The position numbers and the translations under genes are program-made. Below, piece after piece: positions 19,932 through 29,425 of a stretch of DNA of 64,000 bases (its first letter is position 1; every line of letters starts with the position of its first letter). The stretch is from an uncultured Lachnospiraceae bacterium. Lineage in GTDB: Bacteria > Bacillota > Clostridia > Oscillospirales > CAG-272. The stretch spans positions 2,199 to 66,198 of the forward strand of contig CAZMAF010000002.1 of NCBI GenBank assembly GCA_964564225.1, given 5' to 3'. Below the pieces are notes generated by a model that searched no databases, was not told the DNA's origin, and saw nothing but the letters and a program-made list of their open reading frames with translations.

Positions 19932-20357
19932 TTATTCTTCGTCGCAGCCGCAATCGCAATCGCTGCAATCGCAGCATTCGAGATCAAGTTCGATCTTTTC
20001 ACCGCACTTGGGGCAGTCAATGCTGTCGAGATCGAGCATATCTTCGCTGATGCAGAATTTCTTGCCGCAAGCAGGGCATTCGATTTCGTAGAATTCTTCA
20101 TCCTCGTCGTAGTCGTCTTCGAAATCTTCGTCATCGTAGCCAAATACTTCAGCCTCAACGTCACCAAGGTCAGAATCGACTTCTTCGATATATTCGCTGA
20201 GATATTCGGTATCCTCTTCTACAGCATAAAGTGCTTCCGCGATGCTTTCGAGGGCATCAACAATAGCGGAAAGGAGTTTCTTTTCGGGCGTGTCGGCTTC
20301 AAAATTCATACCTTCCATCATGCCCTTGATATAAGCTACTTTTTCGGTATTTGTCAT
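19932..20357 (-). CDS. Highly acidic protein with a C-terminal zinc ribbon and Cys/Asp-rich tail (CD1247 N-terminal-domain-like)
   Basis: Start trimmed to ATG 20357 (GGAGAAAACAGGTG upstream). Contains CPACG...CPKCG and ends LECCDCSDCDCGCDEE. Sits directly downstream of efp. Confidence 0.6.
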   Translation of the reverse strand: MTNTEKVAYIKGMMEGMNFEADTPEKKLLSAIVDALESIAEALYAVEEDTEYLSEYIEEVDSDLGDVEAEVFGYDDEDFEDDYDEDEEFYEIECPACGKKFCISEDMLDLDSIDCPKCGEKIELDLECCDCSDCDCGCDEE

Positions 20358-20433
20358 TGGTATCACCTGTTTTCTCCGTCGCTTGTCAAAAACGGCACTG
20401 TCCCCGACGGGCAGGGCAGGTCGCTTGGTTGGG

Positions 20434-20991
20434 TTATGCTCTTGAGAGATATTCGCCGGTTCTGGTGTCGATTTTGAGAACGTCGCCGATGTTGATGAAG
20501 AGCGGAACTTTGATGGTTGCGCCGGTTTCAAGCGTTGCGGGCTTCAAAGCACCCTGAGCGGTGTTACCTGCGAAGCCGGGTTCGGTTTCGGTTACAGTGA
20601 GCTCTACAAACATGGGAGGCTCAATCGAGAATGCCTTGCCCTTGTAGGAAAGGATTTTGCAGAGCATTTCTTCTTTTACGAACTTAAAGGAATCACCGAG
20701 AAGGTCTTTGCCGATGGGCTCCTGCTCGAAGGTTTCCATGTCCATGAAATAATACAGATCCCCATCGTTGTAGAGATACTGCATCTCGCGTCTTTCGATA
20801 TAAGCATTTTCAAACTTATCGGTGGGCGAGAAGGTGGTTTCGGTAACGCCACCGGTGATGACGTTGCGAAGCTTGGTTCTTACGAATGCAGCTCCTTTAC
20901 CGGGTTTAACGTGCTGAAACTCGATTACCTGATAAACTTTACCGTCCATCTCAAAGGTAACGCCGTTTCTGAAATCGCCAGCTACTACCAT
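20434..20991 (-). CDS. efp: Translation elongation factor P
   Basis: [19 protein letters not shown]. Confidence 0.95.
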   Translation of the reverse strand: MVVAGDFRNGVTFEMDGKVYQVIEFQHVKPGKGAAFVRTKLRNVITGGVTETTFSPTDKFENAYIERREMQYLYNDGDLYYFMDMETFEQEPIGKDLLGDSFKFVKEEMLCKILSYKGKAFSIEPPMFVELTVTETEPGFAGNTAQGALKPATLETGATIKVPLFINIGDVLKIDTRTGEYLSRA

Positions 20992-21084
20992 AGTGTTATT
21001 TCCTCCGAAATAAATTTATTATTTAATTAATACGGTTTATTATACAACAAGGGAATAAAAATTTCAATAGATTTAATATTTTGT

Positions 21085-22140
21085 TTACAATTCAATTAGG
21101 TTTTTTGGCGATTTTGTGATGTTTTCGATCGAATGCTCACGAAATACCACCATATCTTCGATTCTCACGCCGTACTTGCCCTCAATATAGATGCCGGGCT
21201 CGCAGGTTACAACATGTCCTGTTGTCAAAGCTATGTGGCAATCGTAACGGACACGGGGCGCTTCGTGGATGTCCATACCGACACCATGACCGAGTCCGTG
21301 ACCGAAACAGCCTTCGTAGCCGTTTGCATAGATCAAATCACGGGCCACTTTGTCGATCTCGTATCCCGTTTTGCCGAAGTCAAACGCCTTGAGAGCGGCA
21401 GTCTGTGCCATAAGTACGGTTTCGTAAACTCGTTTCATATCGTTATCAGCTTTGCCGAGTACGATCGTTCTTGTCATATCCGAGCAATAACCGTCAACAA
21501 CGGCACCGAAGTCTAGTGTGAAAAAACCTTTCGACAGCTTTATATCCTCCGGAACACCGTGAGGAAGTGAGGACTTTTGACCTGATACGGCAATTGTATT
21601 AAAAGAGGTTGAAGAAGCACCAAGACGGCGCATCGTGAATTCAAGCTCAAGTGCTACCTCTTTTTCGGTGCGGTCCGGTGTGATGAAGGTAAGAATATGC
21701 TCAAATGCTTTTTCTGCAATGCGTTGCGCACGGATTATAGCATTGATCTCATCGTTGTCTTTTACAATGCGAAGTGATTCGATCAGTCTGCCAACGCCTG
21801 AAAATCTGCATTCGGGCAATATCGTCCGGTAGTCGGTAAGCTCCTCAAGTGTGATTGAGGCATCTTCGTAGCCGACGGAATTTTGTCCGTCAAGCAACGA
21901 CATGAGAAGCGAGGCACGTTCGATGCCAAGTATGACGATTGAAAATTCCGGGTGGACTTCTTTTTTTGCTGCTTCGATATAGCGAAAATCGGTAATGACG
22001 TAGGATTTTTTGCGCGTCACGAGGACAAGACCGTCCTGAAAATCGAAGCCGGTAAGGTAGCGTTGGTTTTTGGGGTTTGTAACAAGCAGAGCATCGACCC
22101 CGTTTGGTAAAACGTTGAGCAGCTTTTCTAATCGTGTCAT
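21085..22140 (-). CDS. M24-family Xaa-Pro aminopeptidase/dipeptidase
   Basis: Creatinase-like N-domain plus a pita-bread domain with GHGLGHGVGMDIHEAP. The position upstream of efp is classic. Confidence 0.85.
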   Translation of the reverse strand: MTRLEKLLNVLPNGVDALLVTNPKNQRYLTGFDFQDGLVLVTRKKSYVITDFRYIEAAKKEVHPEFSIVILGIERASLLMSLLDGQNSVGYEDASITLEELTDYRTILPECRFSGVGRLIESLRIVKDNDEINAIIRAQRIAEKAFEHILTFITPDRTEKEVALELEFTMRRLGASSTSFNTIAVSGQKSSLPHGVPEDIKLSKGFFTLDFGAVVDGYCSDMTRTIVLGKADNDMKRVYETVLMAQTAALKAFDFGKTGYEIDKVARDLIYANGYEGCFGHGLGHGVGMDIHEAPRVRYDCHIALTTGHVVTCEPGIYIEGKYGVRIEDMVVFREHSIENITKSPKNLIEL

Positions 22141-22994
22141 AATGCCTCCCGGTGTGTGAGTGCTTCATAGTAGCGTTTCATCGTTAATGCATCGTCTGCC
22201 ATTGTGCCGTTGGATTCGCAGATGATACGCGGCGATAGCCGGTCTTCATATATTGCTTCAATCAACGGCTCAAAGGCAGGACCGAATATGGTGTCGTCAA
22301 AGGTAAGATGGCGTTTTTCACCCGCTTGAGTAAATTCGATTTTGGAAAAGTGACAGTGCAGATTTTGCGCGTATTCATCACCGAGTGTTTCCGCAATGGC
22401 ATGAAATATACGGCGGTAATCGTCTTTACCGCGAAAACATCCGCCTTCGCGCGCGTTGATGTGACCAAAGTCTACGACCGGTCGAAGACGCGGGTCAAGC
22501 TTGCAGATCGTAATGACCTCATCAAGCGTTCCGAGCTGATTTTTTTTGCCCATTGTTTCGAGCCCGAAAGAAACAGAGGAGGGGGGAATTGTCTCAAGCG
22601 TTTTATACATTGTGTCGGTGGCGAGTCGTACAGCCTCCTCGCGGCTGATTTTGGATGCGCTTCCCGCATGGATTACAACGGTATCTGCCGCAAGCGCTCT
22701 TGCTGCTTCTTCGCTTTTTTTGATATAGTCCACGCTTTTAAGGCGCTTTTCGATTTCGGTAGAAGAAAGGGAAATGAAATAAGGCGCGTGGAACGAAGTT
22801 TTAATACCTTGTTTTTCGGCTTCTTTGCCAAATGTCTCGAATGTTGAAAGCGAGGCGGTAATGCCGTTACCTGCAGGATATTCAAAGGCATCGAGTCCGA
22901 TCGCGCGAAGCCATGCGAACGCCTCAATCGTCTTTTTGTGTCCTTCGGCGTAAAAGCGCTCCGAATTGCCGCTTGGTCCAAATAAAGCTCTCAT
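22137..22994 (-). CDS. Xylose-isomerase-like TIM-barrel protein (AP endonuclease family 2 / Nfo-like)
   Basis: MRALFGPSGNS...FEYP...SFHAPYFISL...VIHAG pattern. 4-nt overlaps with both neighbours. Confidence 0.6.
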   Translation of the reverse strand: MRALFGPSGNSERFYAEGHKKTIEAFAWLRAIGLDAFEYPAGNGITASLSTFETFGKEAEKQGIKTSFHAPYFISLSSTEIEKRLKSVDYIKKSEEAARALAADTVVIHAGSASKISREEAVRLATDTMYKTLETIPPSSVSFGLETMGKKNQLGTLDEVITICKLDPRLRPVVDFGHINAREGGCFRGKDDYRRIFHAIAETLGDEYAQNLHCHFSKIEFTQAGEKRHLTFDDTIFGPAFEPLIEAIYEDRLSPRIICESNGTMADDALTMKRYYEALTHREAL

Positions 22995-23524
22995 CGGCGC
23001 ACCTCCCGTTTTTGCTTGATTTTGCGTTTTTCACGGAGCCGGTAGCGTGCGAGAAAAGGTTTTTCTAAAAGGCGTTTGGTTTTGAAAAAGAACGAGGTTT
23101 TGTCCTTTATGGGAGGGACAAGCAGTGTGAGCTTGACACCGAGAAAATTACCCGTCCAGACGTCTGTGAAGATCTGGTCGCCGAGAACGGCGGTTTCAGA
23201 CGTCGTGAATCTGTGTGTTTTTAACGCGAGCTTTGCCGTTTTGGTGAGCGGTTTTCCCGCAGGCGCATACCAAGGGTTGTTCAAAGTGTTGACAAAAACG
23301 CTTACGCGCTCGTTGGTATTGTTGGAAAGAAAGATTACTGTAATGCCTGCATCCGATAGGGCGCTCAGCCATTTTCTGACGGTTTCGGTCGGTTCGGCAT
23401 CGTCGTAGGTGACGAGGGTGTTGTCAATATCGCAAAGAATGCAGCGGATGCCATGTGTTTGCAGAAATTGCGGCGTAATTTCACAAAAGCAGTTAAACAG
23501 GTAGTCGGGAACGGAAAAAGCCAT
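22991..23524 (-). CDS. yqeG: YqeG-family HAD-IIIA phosphatase
   Basis: CDIDNTLV motif I, FLSNN, and GDQIFTDV motif. Confidence 0.8.
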   Translation of the reverse strand: MAFSVPDYLFNCFCEITPQFLQTHGIRCILCDIDNTLVTYDDAEPTETVRKWLSALSDAGITVIFLSNNTNERVSVFVNTLNNPWYAPAGKPLTKTAKLALKTHRFTTSETAVLGDQIFTDVWTGNFLGVKLTLLVPPIKDKTSFFFKTKRLLEKPFLARYRLREKRKIKQKREVRR

Positions 23525-23611
23525 AGGATGCTCCTTATTATGAGATCGGGGTGTTGCCTATATTTTACATCAAAGGTTGCTTTTTTGTCAACGGATTGAG
23601 ATAATTTTACT

Positions 23612-23639
23612 GCATATTTTTCGTAATTTCGTTTATACT
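23612..23639 (+). promoter_or_regulatory. Candidate forespore-type (sigma-G/F-like) promoter of the spoVA operon
   Basis: GCATA-N17-TATACT, 24 nt upstream of the spoVAC GTG. The -35 is not sigma-A-like. Confidence 0.3.
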
Positions 23640-23662
23640 TTTTTTAAAAAAGGAGTGAGAGC

Positions 23663-24109
23663 GTGAACGAAAATTATAAACGGTTTGCTGAGTCGCGTGC
23701 CAAGCGATCGCCTATTTTAAAAAATTGTATCAAGGCTTTTCTGATCGGCGGTTTGATTTGTGTGATCGGACAGGGTCTTCATGATGTTTATTGTTATTTC
23801 GGTGTGACGGAAGAAACGGCAAAATTACTTGTGCCTGTAACGCTTATTACCGTTACGGCCATTCTGACGGGATTCGGTGTTTTTGATTGCATTGCCAAGC
23901 ATGCGGGCGCTGGAACGCTTGTGCCAATTACAGGCTTTGCCAATTCTGTCGTTGCTCCCGCAATTGACAACAAAGCAGAAGGTTATATCCTCGGTCTCGG
24001 TGCGAAGATATTTATCATATCAGGTCCCGTTATTTTATACGGTACGATTGCAGGTGTCGTATACGGTGTTGTATATTATCTCATAGGATTCATACAGGCG
24101 GCAATATGA
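23663..24109 (+). CDS. spoVAC: Stage V sporulation protein AC
   Basis: GTG start after an AGGAGTGAG RBS. Four-TM protein with IKAFLIGGLICVIGQ...VPITGFANS. Confidence 0.88.
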   Translation: MNENYKRFAESRAKRSPILKNCIKAFLIGGLICVIGQGLHDVYCYFGVTEETAKLLVPVTLITVTAILTGFGVFDCIAKHAGAGTLVPITGFANSVVAPAIDNKAEGYILGLGAKIFIISGPVILYGTIAGVVYGVVYYLIGFIQAAI

Positions 24110-25098
24110 TTATTAGGTTAAAGCATCCCATATATTTGAATTCTATGGCAGCAATCGGTGGAAAGGCGGAAAAGAACGGCCCGCTTGGCGCATATTTTGA
24201 TGAGATCGATGAAAGTGAGCGATTTGAACAAAAGACGTGGGAACAATCGGAAAGTGAAATGCAACGGCGCGCCCTATCAGCGGCTTTAAAAAAGGCAGCT
24301 ATTTGTGATTCTGACGTTGGACTTTTGTTTTCGGGCGATTTGATGAATCAATGTACCTCGTCAAGCTACGGCTTGTTGCCGTTTGATATTCCGCAGATTG
24401 GACTTTACGGTGCGTGTTCGACGGCGGCTGAGTCTATTGCGCTTGCATCTATGGCGTGTGATCTGACGGCGTCGCGCGCTGCGGCGGTCACTTCTTCGCA
24501 TTTTTGCTCGGCGGAACGGCAATTTCGTTTTCCGCTTGAATACGGTGGTCAGCGCACGCCGACGGCGCAAAGAACTGTTACGGGCGCCGGGGCATTTGTT
24601 ATCGGACGGCCAAAAAGCCGTATTCGCATCAGGAGTGTTATGTTCGGCAGAAGTATTGACAGTAAGATCAGCGATATTTGTAATATGGGGGCGGCTATGG
24701 CGCCGGCGGCGGTTGATACGTTATCACGTTTTTTTGAGGAGTCGGGTATGCAACCGTCCGATTTTTCAAAAATTGTTACGGGCGATCTGGGTATGGAAGG
24801 CTATCAGCTTGTCAGAATTCTGATGGCGCAGAAGAAGCGGCCTCTTGATGCGGTATACGACGATTGCGGTCTTCTCATTTATCATAACGAGCTTCAGGAT
24901 ATGCACGCGGGCGGCTCAGGCTGCGGTTGTTCGGCGGTTGTAGCAGCAACGAAGCTTTTTCCTGAAATGGAGGAAGGGGAGATCGAGAATTTGCTGTTTG
25001 TCGGAACGGGCGCGTTGATGAGCCCGACGAGTTTACAGCAGGGACTTCCCATAGCGGGTATTGCACATCTCGTTCATTTTACGCGGGAGGAAATTTGA
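24106..25098 (+). CDS. spoVAD: Stage V sporulation protein AD (thiolase-fold)
   Basis: ATGA overlap with spoVAC. Length and GACST.. / GGSGCGCSA motifs are typical of SpoVAD. Confidence 0.88.
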   Translation: MIIRLKHPIYLNSMAAIGGKAEKNGPLGAYFDEIDESERFEQKTWEQSESEMQRRALSAALKKAAICDSDVGLLFSGDLMNQCTSSSYGLLPFDIPQIGLYGACSTAAESIALASMACDLTASRAAAVTSSHFCSAERQFRFPLEYGGQRTPTAQRTVTGAGAFVIGRPKSRIRIRSVMFGRSIDSKISDICNMGAAMAPAAVDTLSRFFEESGMQPSDFSKIVTGDLGMEGYQLVRILMAQKKRPLDAVYDDCGLLIYHNELQDMHAGGSGCGCSAVVAATKLFPEMEEGEIENLLFVGTGALMSPTSLQQGLPIAGIAHLVHFTREEI

Positions 25099-25464
25099 AT
25101 GGATTTTTGGATGACTTATCTCGCCGTCTTTGTAACGGGCGGAGCGCTTTGCGTGATCGCACAGATACTGATTGATAAAACCAAGGTCACTCCCGCAAGG
25201 ATTCTTGTCGGATATGTTGTATCAGGTGTGCTTCTTACGGCAATCGGATTATATGAGCCTATTGTGCAATTCGGAAAAGCAGGTGCCACCGTACCGCTGA
25301 CGGGATTTGGATATTCGATTGCCAAGGGCGTTGAAAGGGCTGTGGATGAAAAGGGGTTGATCGGTAGTCTGACCGGATCGTTGAGTGCTACCTCAGCCGG
25401 TATTACAACGGCGATCGTTTTGGCTTTTGTTGTAGCGCTGATCTTTAAAAGTAAGCCAAAATAA
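25099..25464 (+). CDS. spoVAEb: Stage V sporulation protein AE (AEb type)
   Basis: Starts immediately after the spoVAD stop. Contains ATVPLTGFGYSIAKGV. Confidence 0.85.
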   Translation: MDFWMTYLAVFVTGGALCVIAQILIDKTKVTPARILVGYVVSGVLLTAIGLYEPIVQFGKAGATVPLTGFGYSIAKGVERAVDEKGLIGSLTGSLSATSAGITTAIVLAFVVALIFKSKPK

Positions 25465-25489
25465 AGCAATATTGTTCTGCAATATAGTT

Positions 25490-25514
25490 ACGCCCCATCT
25501 GTTTGATGGGGCGT
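25490..25514. terminator. Hairpin between the spoVA operon and the convergent recombinase gene
   Basis: ACGCCCCATC-TGTTT-GATGGGGCGT. The U-tracts are weak on both strands. Confidence 0.5.
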
Positions 25515-25518
25515 ATTC

Positions 25519-26529
25519 TTATGAATCGTCTTCGTTGTTTGGGGGATTTTTTTGCGCGGATTTTTTATTAGCGAGGGGATTGCGCTTAACGGCGTCTTCA
25601 AGTTGACGGTTTCCGACGTGCGTATAGATCTGCGTGGTATTGAGTTGTTCGTGACCGAGAATATCCTTGAGTACCAGCACGTCAACGCCGCCCTCTTGAT
25701 ACATAAGCGTTGCGGCAGTGTGGCGGAGTTTGTGAACCGATAAATGACGGTTGCCCAATCCTGCACGGTCAAGATATTTATAGATCATCCATTGCACCGT
25801 TTTATTACTGATCCGTTTGCCGCGTGTTGAGATAAAAAGTGCATTTTTGTCTTTTACGGTATATTTCTGACGTACGGTAAGCCATGCGTTCAATGCTTCC
25901 TTGCAGGCATCGTTCAGATACAGGATGCGTTCCTTAGCACCTTTGCCGAGTACGCGCAAGGAACGGAAATCAGCATCCACGTCAGTCAGGCTGATACCGC
26001 AAAGCTCGGATAAACGCATGCCGCAGTTTAAGAATAACGTAGCGATACAGTAGTCGCGCTCCCGGTTTTCCGAGGCGGTATCCTGTTCGATGGTTTCCAG
26101 TAACAGGAGGCTTTCGTCCAATGTCAGATATTTCGGAAGTGCGTTTTTAACGGCAGGTGTTTCGATATTGGCAGCGGGGTTTTTGTCGATAACTTTTTTT
26201 GTGATTTCGAGGTAACGGAAAAAGCTTTTGAGTGACGATAGCTTTCGCGCTCTCGCTTTTACTTTGTTGCCGCGTTCGCGTGACGTATAGAGAAAGAAAT
26301 CGTAAATATCTTCTTCGGTAATGGTGCGGATATAATCGAGCGTTATGCCTGAGGTGTCGATTGCTTCAAAGGCTTCTCCCGTTGTGGGGAGTCGGTTATC
26401 GCGAGCGATAAGATACCGAAAGAAAATGACGAGATCAAGCTCGTATTGTTCAATTGTTTTCGGGGAGCGGTTTTGAATAGAAAGTTTATAGTTGACAAAG
26501 TCTTTTACAAGTCTCGGCGGATGATTCAT
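25519..26529 (-). CDS. Tyrosine site-specific recombinase, XerC/XerD family
   Basis: SAM-like N-domain. Catalytic motifs are ...RxSE..., HKLRHTAAT and LGHEQLNTTQIYTHV. Confidence 0.85.
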   Translation of the reverse strand: MNHPPRLVKDFVNYKLSIQNRSPKTIEQYELDLVIFFRYLIARDNRLPTTGEAFEAIDTSGITLDYIRTITEEDIYDFFLYTSRERGNKVKARARKLSSLKSFFRYLEITKKVIDKNPAANIETPAVKNALPKYLTLDESLLLLETIEQDTASENRERDYCIATLFLNCGMRLSELCGISLTDVDADFRSLRVLGKGAKERILYLNDACKEALNAWLTVRQKYTVKDKNALFISTRGKRISNKTVQWMIYKYLDRAGLGNRHLSVHKLRHTAATLMYQEGGVDVLVLKDILGHEQLNTTQIYTHVGNRQLEDAVKRNPLANKKSAQKNPPNNEDDS

Positions 26530-26563
26530 AAGATTTTCCTTCGCAAAAAATATTAAAAATTTG

Positions 26564-26592
26564 TTGCAATTGTTAAAGAGATGTTGTATAAT
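26564..26592 (+). promoter_or_regulatory. Sigma-A promoter of the 26631 membrane-protein gene
   Basis: TTGCAA-N17 (ending TG)-TATAAT. Confidence 0.55.
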
Positions 26593-26630
26593 AGGAGTAT
26601 AATTATATTTAGAAGTAAGGAATACATTAT

Positions 26631-27224
26631 ATGAAAAAGTTTCTGAAAGAACATTCTTATACGATCGTTCGTCTTGTCGGCTTTCAGCTTGTGTCTGCGT
26701 TGCTTGGCTTTATTACTGCGTCGGCAACGTCGGCTATGTCGGCTGATTGGGCATTTCCCGCATCATCTGTTTTTTGTATTGCTTTTTATCTGATGATTAT
26801 TGCCGTGATTTGTTATGAATACGGTCAAAAGGACGGTATCCGTATTGAGGCGGGTAAGATGCAGAAAAATCCGTATAAATTTTTCCTGCTTGGTTTAATT
26901 GCCAATTCTTTGAACTTTATTTTGGGCGCAGTAGCGGTGATTGGCCGTCTTATTATCAGCGCGCCTCTTTCGGGTGTGCTTGCTGATAGTTATTCGCCCG
27001 CCTGGCTTGCATCGCTTCAAGAGATATGCGCTGTGATTGCGCGTGCAATTCAGTCGATGTATCTCGGTTTGATCCAGACGATTTCCGCGTATAATGTCGT
27101 TTTGCTGCTTATTATTCCAATACCGGCTGTTTTAACTGCAGGTATTGCGTATCTTGTCGGTATACGCTATAAGGACGGTTTCAAAACCGGAACGAAAGGC
27201 ACGAAAACCGATCGGTATTCGTAA
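26631..27224 (+). CDS. Polytopic membrane protein, function unknown
   Basis: 197 aa with about five hydrophobic helices and an AGGAAT RBS. No family recognised. Confidence 0.5.
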   Translation: MKKFLKEHSYTIVRLVGFQLVSALLGFITASATSAMSADWAFPASSVFCIAFYLMIIAVICYEYGQKDGIRIEAGKMQKNPYKFFLLGLIANSLNFILGAVAVIGRLIISAPLSGVLADSYSPAWLASLQEICAVIARAIQSMYLGLIQTISAYNVVLLLIIPIPAVLTAGIAYLVGIRYKDGFKTGTKGTKTDRYS

Positions 27225-27280
27225 TATTTGCCATATTTCGCTCGCTTTTTGCATAAGGATTAGAAAAAAGCGGGTGGGTT

Positions 27281-28024
27281 ATGAAAATATTTTTGAAAAA
27301 TTTTATCGGTATGATCCTTGCATCCTTTGCACTTCTCGGAATCAGTTTTCTTTTGTATACGGCAATTTCCTCCGTGTTTACTATTTTATCATCAAAAAAG
27401 GAATCTGTCAATACGTCGAACGTCAAAAATACCGTGACTATTGTTTTGGATGCAGGGCACGGCGGTAGGGATGGCGGTGCGGTGGGTATTAACGGTACGC
27501 TTGAAAAGGATTTAAATCTGGCTATCGTATTAAAAACGAAGGAGCTTTTGACAGCAGGCGGCTATTCCGTGGTTTTGACAAGAGAGTGTGATGAGCTTTT
27601 ATCCGACGGCGGTAGCGGAAGTATGAAACTGCAGGATTTGCGTGCGCGTGTCGGTACGGTTGAGAAAGTTGAGAATGCGATTTTCATATCGGTACACATG
27701 AACCGTTTTCCCGATAGTGCGGTGAAGGGAATTACATTCTATTATTCTCCTAATCATCCTGACAGTTTCCGTCTTGCCGATACGATCCATCGGATAATGC
27801 TTGAAGGTGTACAGCCGGATAACCGCCGGCTGATGAAGGAAGCAACGAGCAGTATTTACGTTTTGCATCATACTGTCGTGCCGGCAGTTATGGTGGAATG
27901 CGGTTTTCTTTCCAATGCTCTTGAAGAAGCGATGTTAAATGAGGATGCGTATCAGAATACGCTCGCCGAGATGATTTCAGCCGGCGTGATAGATTTTTTA
28001 AATGCGAGTGAGGGTTTACAATGA
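27281..28024 (+). CDS. cwlD: N-acetylmuramoyl-L-alanine amidase, CwlD-like (germination-specific)
   Basis: N-terminal TM, LDAGHGGRDGGA, ISVHMN and VMVECGFLSN (Amidase_3). Confidence 0.8.
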   Translation: MKIFLKNFIGMILASFALLGISFLLYTAISSVFTILSSKKESVNTSNVKNTVTIVLDAGHGGRDGGAVGINGTLEKDLNLAIVLKTKELLTAGGYSVVLTRECDELLSDGGSGSMKLQDLRARVGTVEKVENAIFISVHMNRFPDSAVKGITFYYSPNHPDSFRLADTIHRIMLEGVQPDNRRLMKEATSSIYVLHHTVVPAVMVECGFLSNALEEAMLNEDAYQNTLAEMISAGVIDFLNASEGLQ

Positions 28025-29400
28025 AGACAAAAAGCGTGTTTGTCTGTTCCGAATGCGGTTATCAGGCGCCAAAGTTATACGGCAGATGTCCGTCTTGCGG
28101 AGAATGGGAAACGATGACGGAAAAGGCTGTGGCTCAGGATACGAAGGTGGTGCTGAAAAATGCGCGCGCTGAAAAGAGGGACGAAAATCACGCGGTTTTG
28201 TTTAGCGGACTTGAAATGCCTCATTATATGCGCTCGGCATCCGGTACGAAAGAGCTTGACCGTGTGCTTGGCGGCGGTATCGTAGAAGGTTCGGTCATTT
28301 TGATTGCAGGTGAGCCGGGTATCGGCAAATCTACGCTTTTAATGCAGATCTCCGGCGTTTTGTCGCATCACAATACCGTTTTGTACGTTTCGGGTGAGGA
28401 ATCGGGCGGTCAGTTGAAATATCGCGCGAAGCGATTGGGGCTTGTTGGTGAAAATTTATATATTATGACCGAAACCTCGGTTGATGAAATACTGTCGGAA
28501 TGTGAAAAGATTAAGCCTGATTTTGTGATCGTTGACTCGGTGCAAACAATGTATTGCGATACGGTGCAGTCTTCGCCCGGCAGTATAACACAGGTAAAGG
28601 AATCGGCAATGCGGTTTATTGCGCTTGCCAAAAACGAGGGTATCTCGGTAATGATCGTGGGACACGTCAACAAAGAGGGCAGTATTGCCGGTCCGAAGGT
28701 GCTTGAACACATGGTGGATGCCGTTATCAATTTCGAGGGTGATCGTCAGCAGCTTTTCCGCGTGATCCGCGCTTCTAAAAACCGTTACGGCGCGACTAAC
28801 GAGATTGGCGTTTTTGAAATGACCGATAAAGGACTTTTCGAGGTGGAAAATCCCTCGGAGATTTTTCTTGCTGACAGACCGAAGGGTATATCGGGCAACT
28901 GTGCGCTTTGTTTGATGGAAGGAACACGTCCGCTTGTGACCGAGATTCAGGCATTGACTGCGCCGACGGTATATCCTTCGCCTAAAAGAACGGCAGACGG
29001 TATTGATTATAACCGTATGACTTTGATGCTTGCCGTTCTTGAGAAGCGGCTTGCGATGCGTTTTTCGACGTGTGATGTTTTTGCTAACGTCATTGGCGGT
29101 ATTCGTCCTGACGAGCCTGCTGCCGATCTGCCGCTTGCGCTCGCTCTCATTTCGGGACTTCGGGATATTCCTCTGGATGATTCACTTCTGGCGTTTGGTG
29201 AAATCGGTCTTGCCGGTGAATGCAGAAGCGTGGATTCGGCATCTTTGCGAATTAAGGAAGCGTATAAGATGGGTTTTTCCAAGATCGTTTTGCCGTACAG
29301 GAATTATGAGCAGTTAAAGAAAAATAACGAACTGATCGACGGCGTGACGTATATCCCCGTAAGAAGTGTTTTTGAAGCTATGAAATTGTTTGTCAGATAA
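28021..29400 (+). CDS. radA: DNA repair protein RadA/Sms
   Basis: Zinc finger CSECGY...CPSCGEW, Walker A GEPGIGKST, KNRYG motif and a Lon-like C-domain. Confidence 0.95.
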   Translation: MKTKSVFVCSECGYQAPKLYGRCPSCGEWETMTEKAVAQDTKVVLKNARAEKRDENHAVLFSGLEMPHYMRSASGTKELDRVLGGGIVEGSVILIAGEPGIGKSTLLMQISGVLSHHNTVLYVSGEESGGQLKYRAKRLGLVGENLYIMTETSVDEILSECEKIKPDFVIVDSVQTMYCDTVQSSPGSITQVKESAMRFIALAKNEGISVMIVGHVNKEGSIAGPKVLEHMVDAVINFEGDRQQLFRVIRASKNRYGATNEIGVFEMTDKGLFEVENPSEIFLADRPKGISGNCALCLMEGTRPLVTEIQALTAPTVYPSPKRTADGIDYNRMTLMLAVLEKRLAMRFSTCDVFANVIGGIRPDEPAADLPLALALISGLRDIPLDDSLLAFGEIGLAGECRSVDSASLRIKEAYKMGFSKIVLPYRNYEQLKKNNELIDGVTYIPVRSVFEAMKLFVR

Positions 29401-29425
29401 ATTATTTAAGTAAATGAGGAAGATT

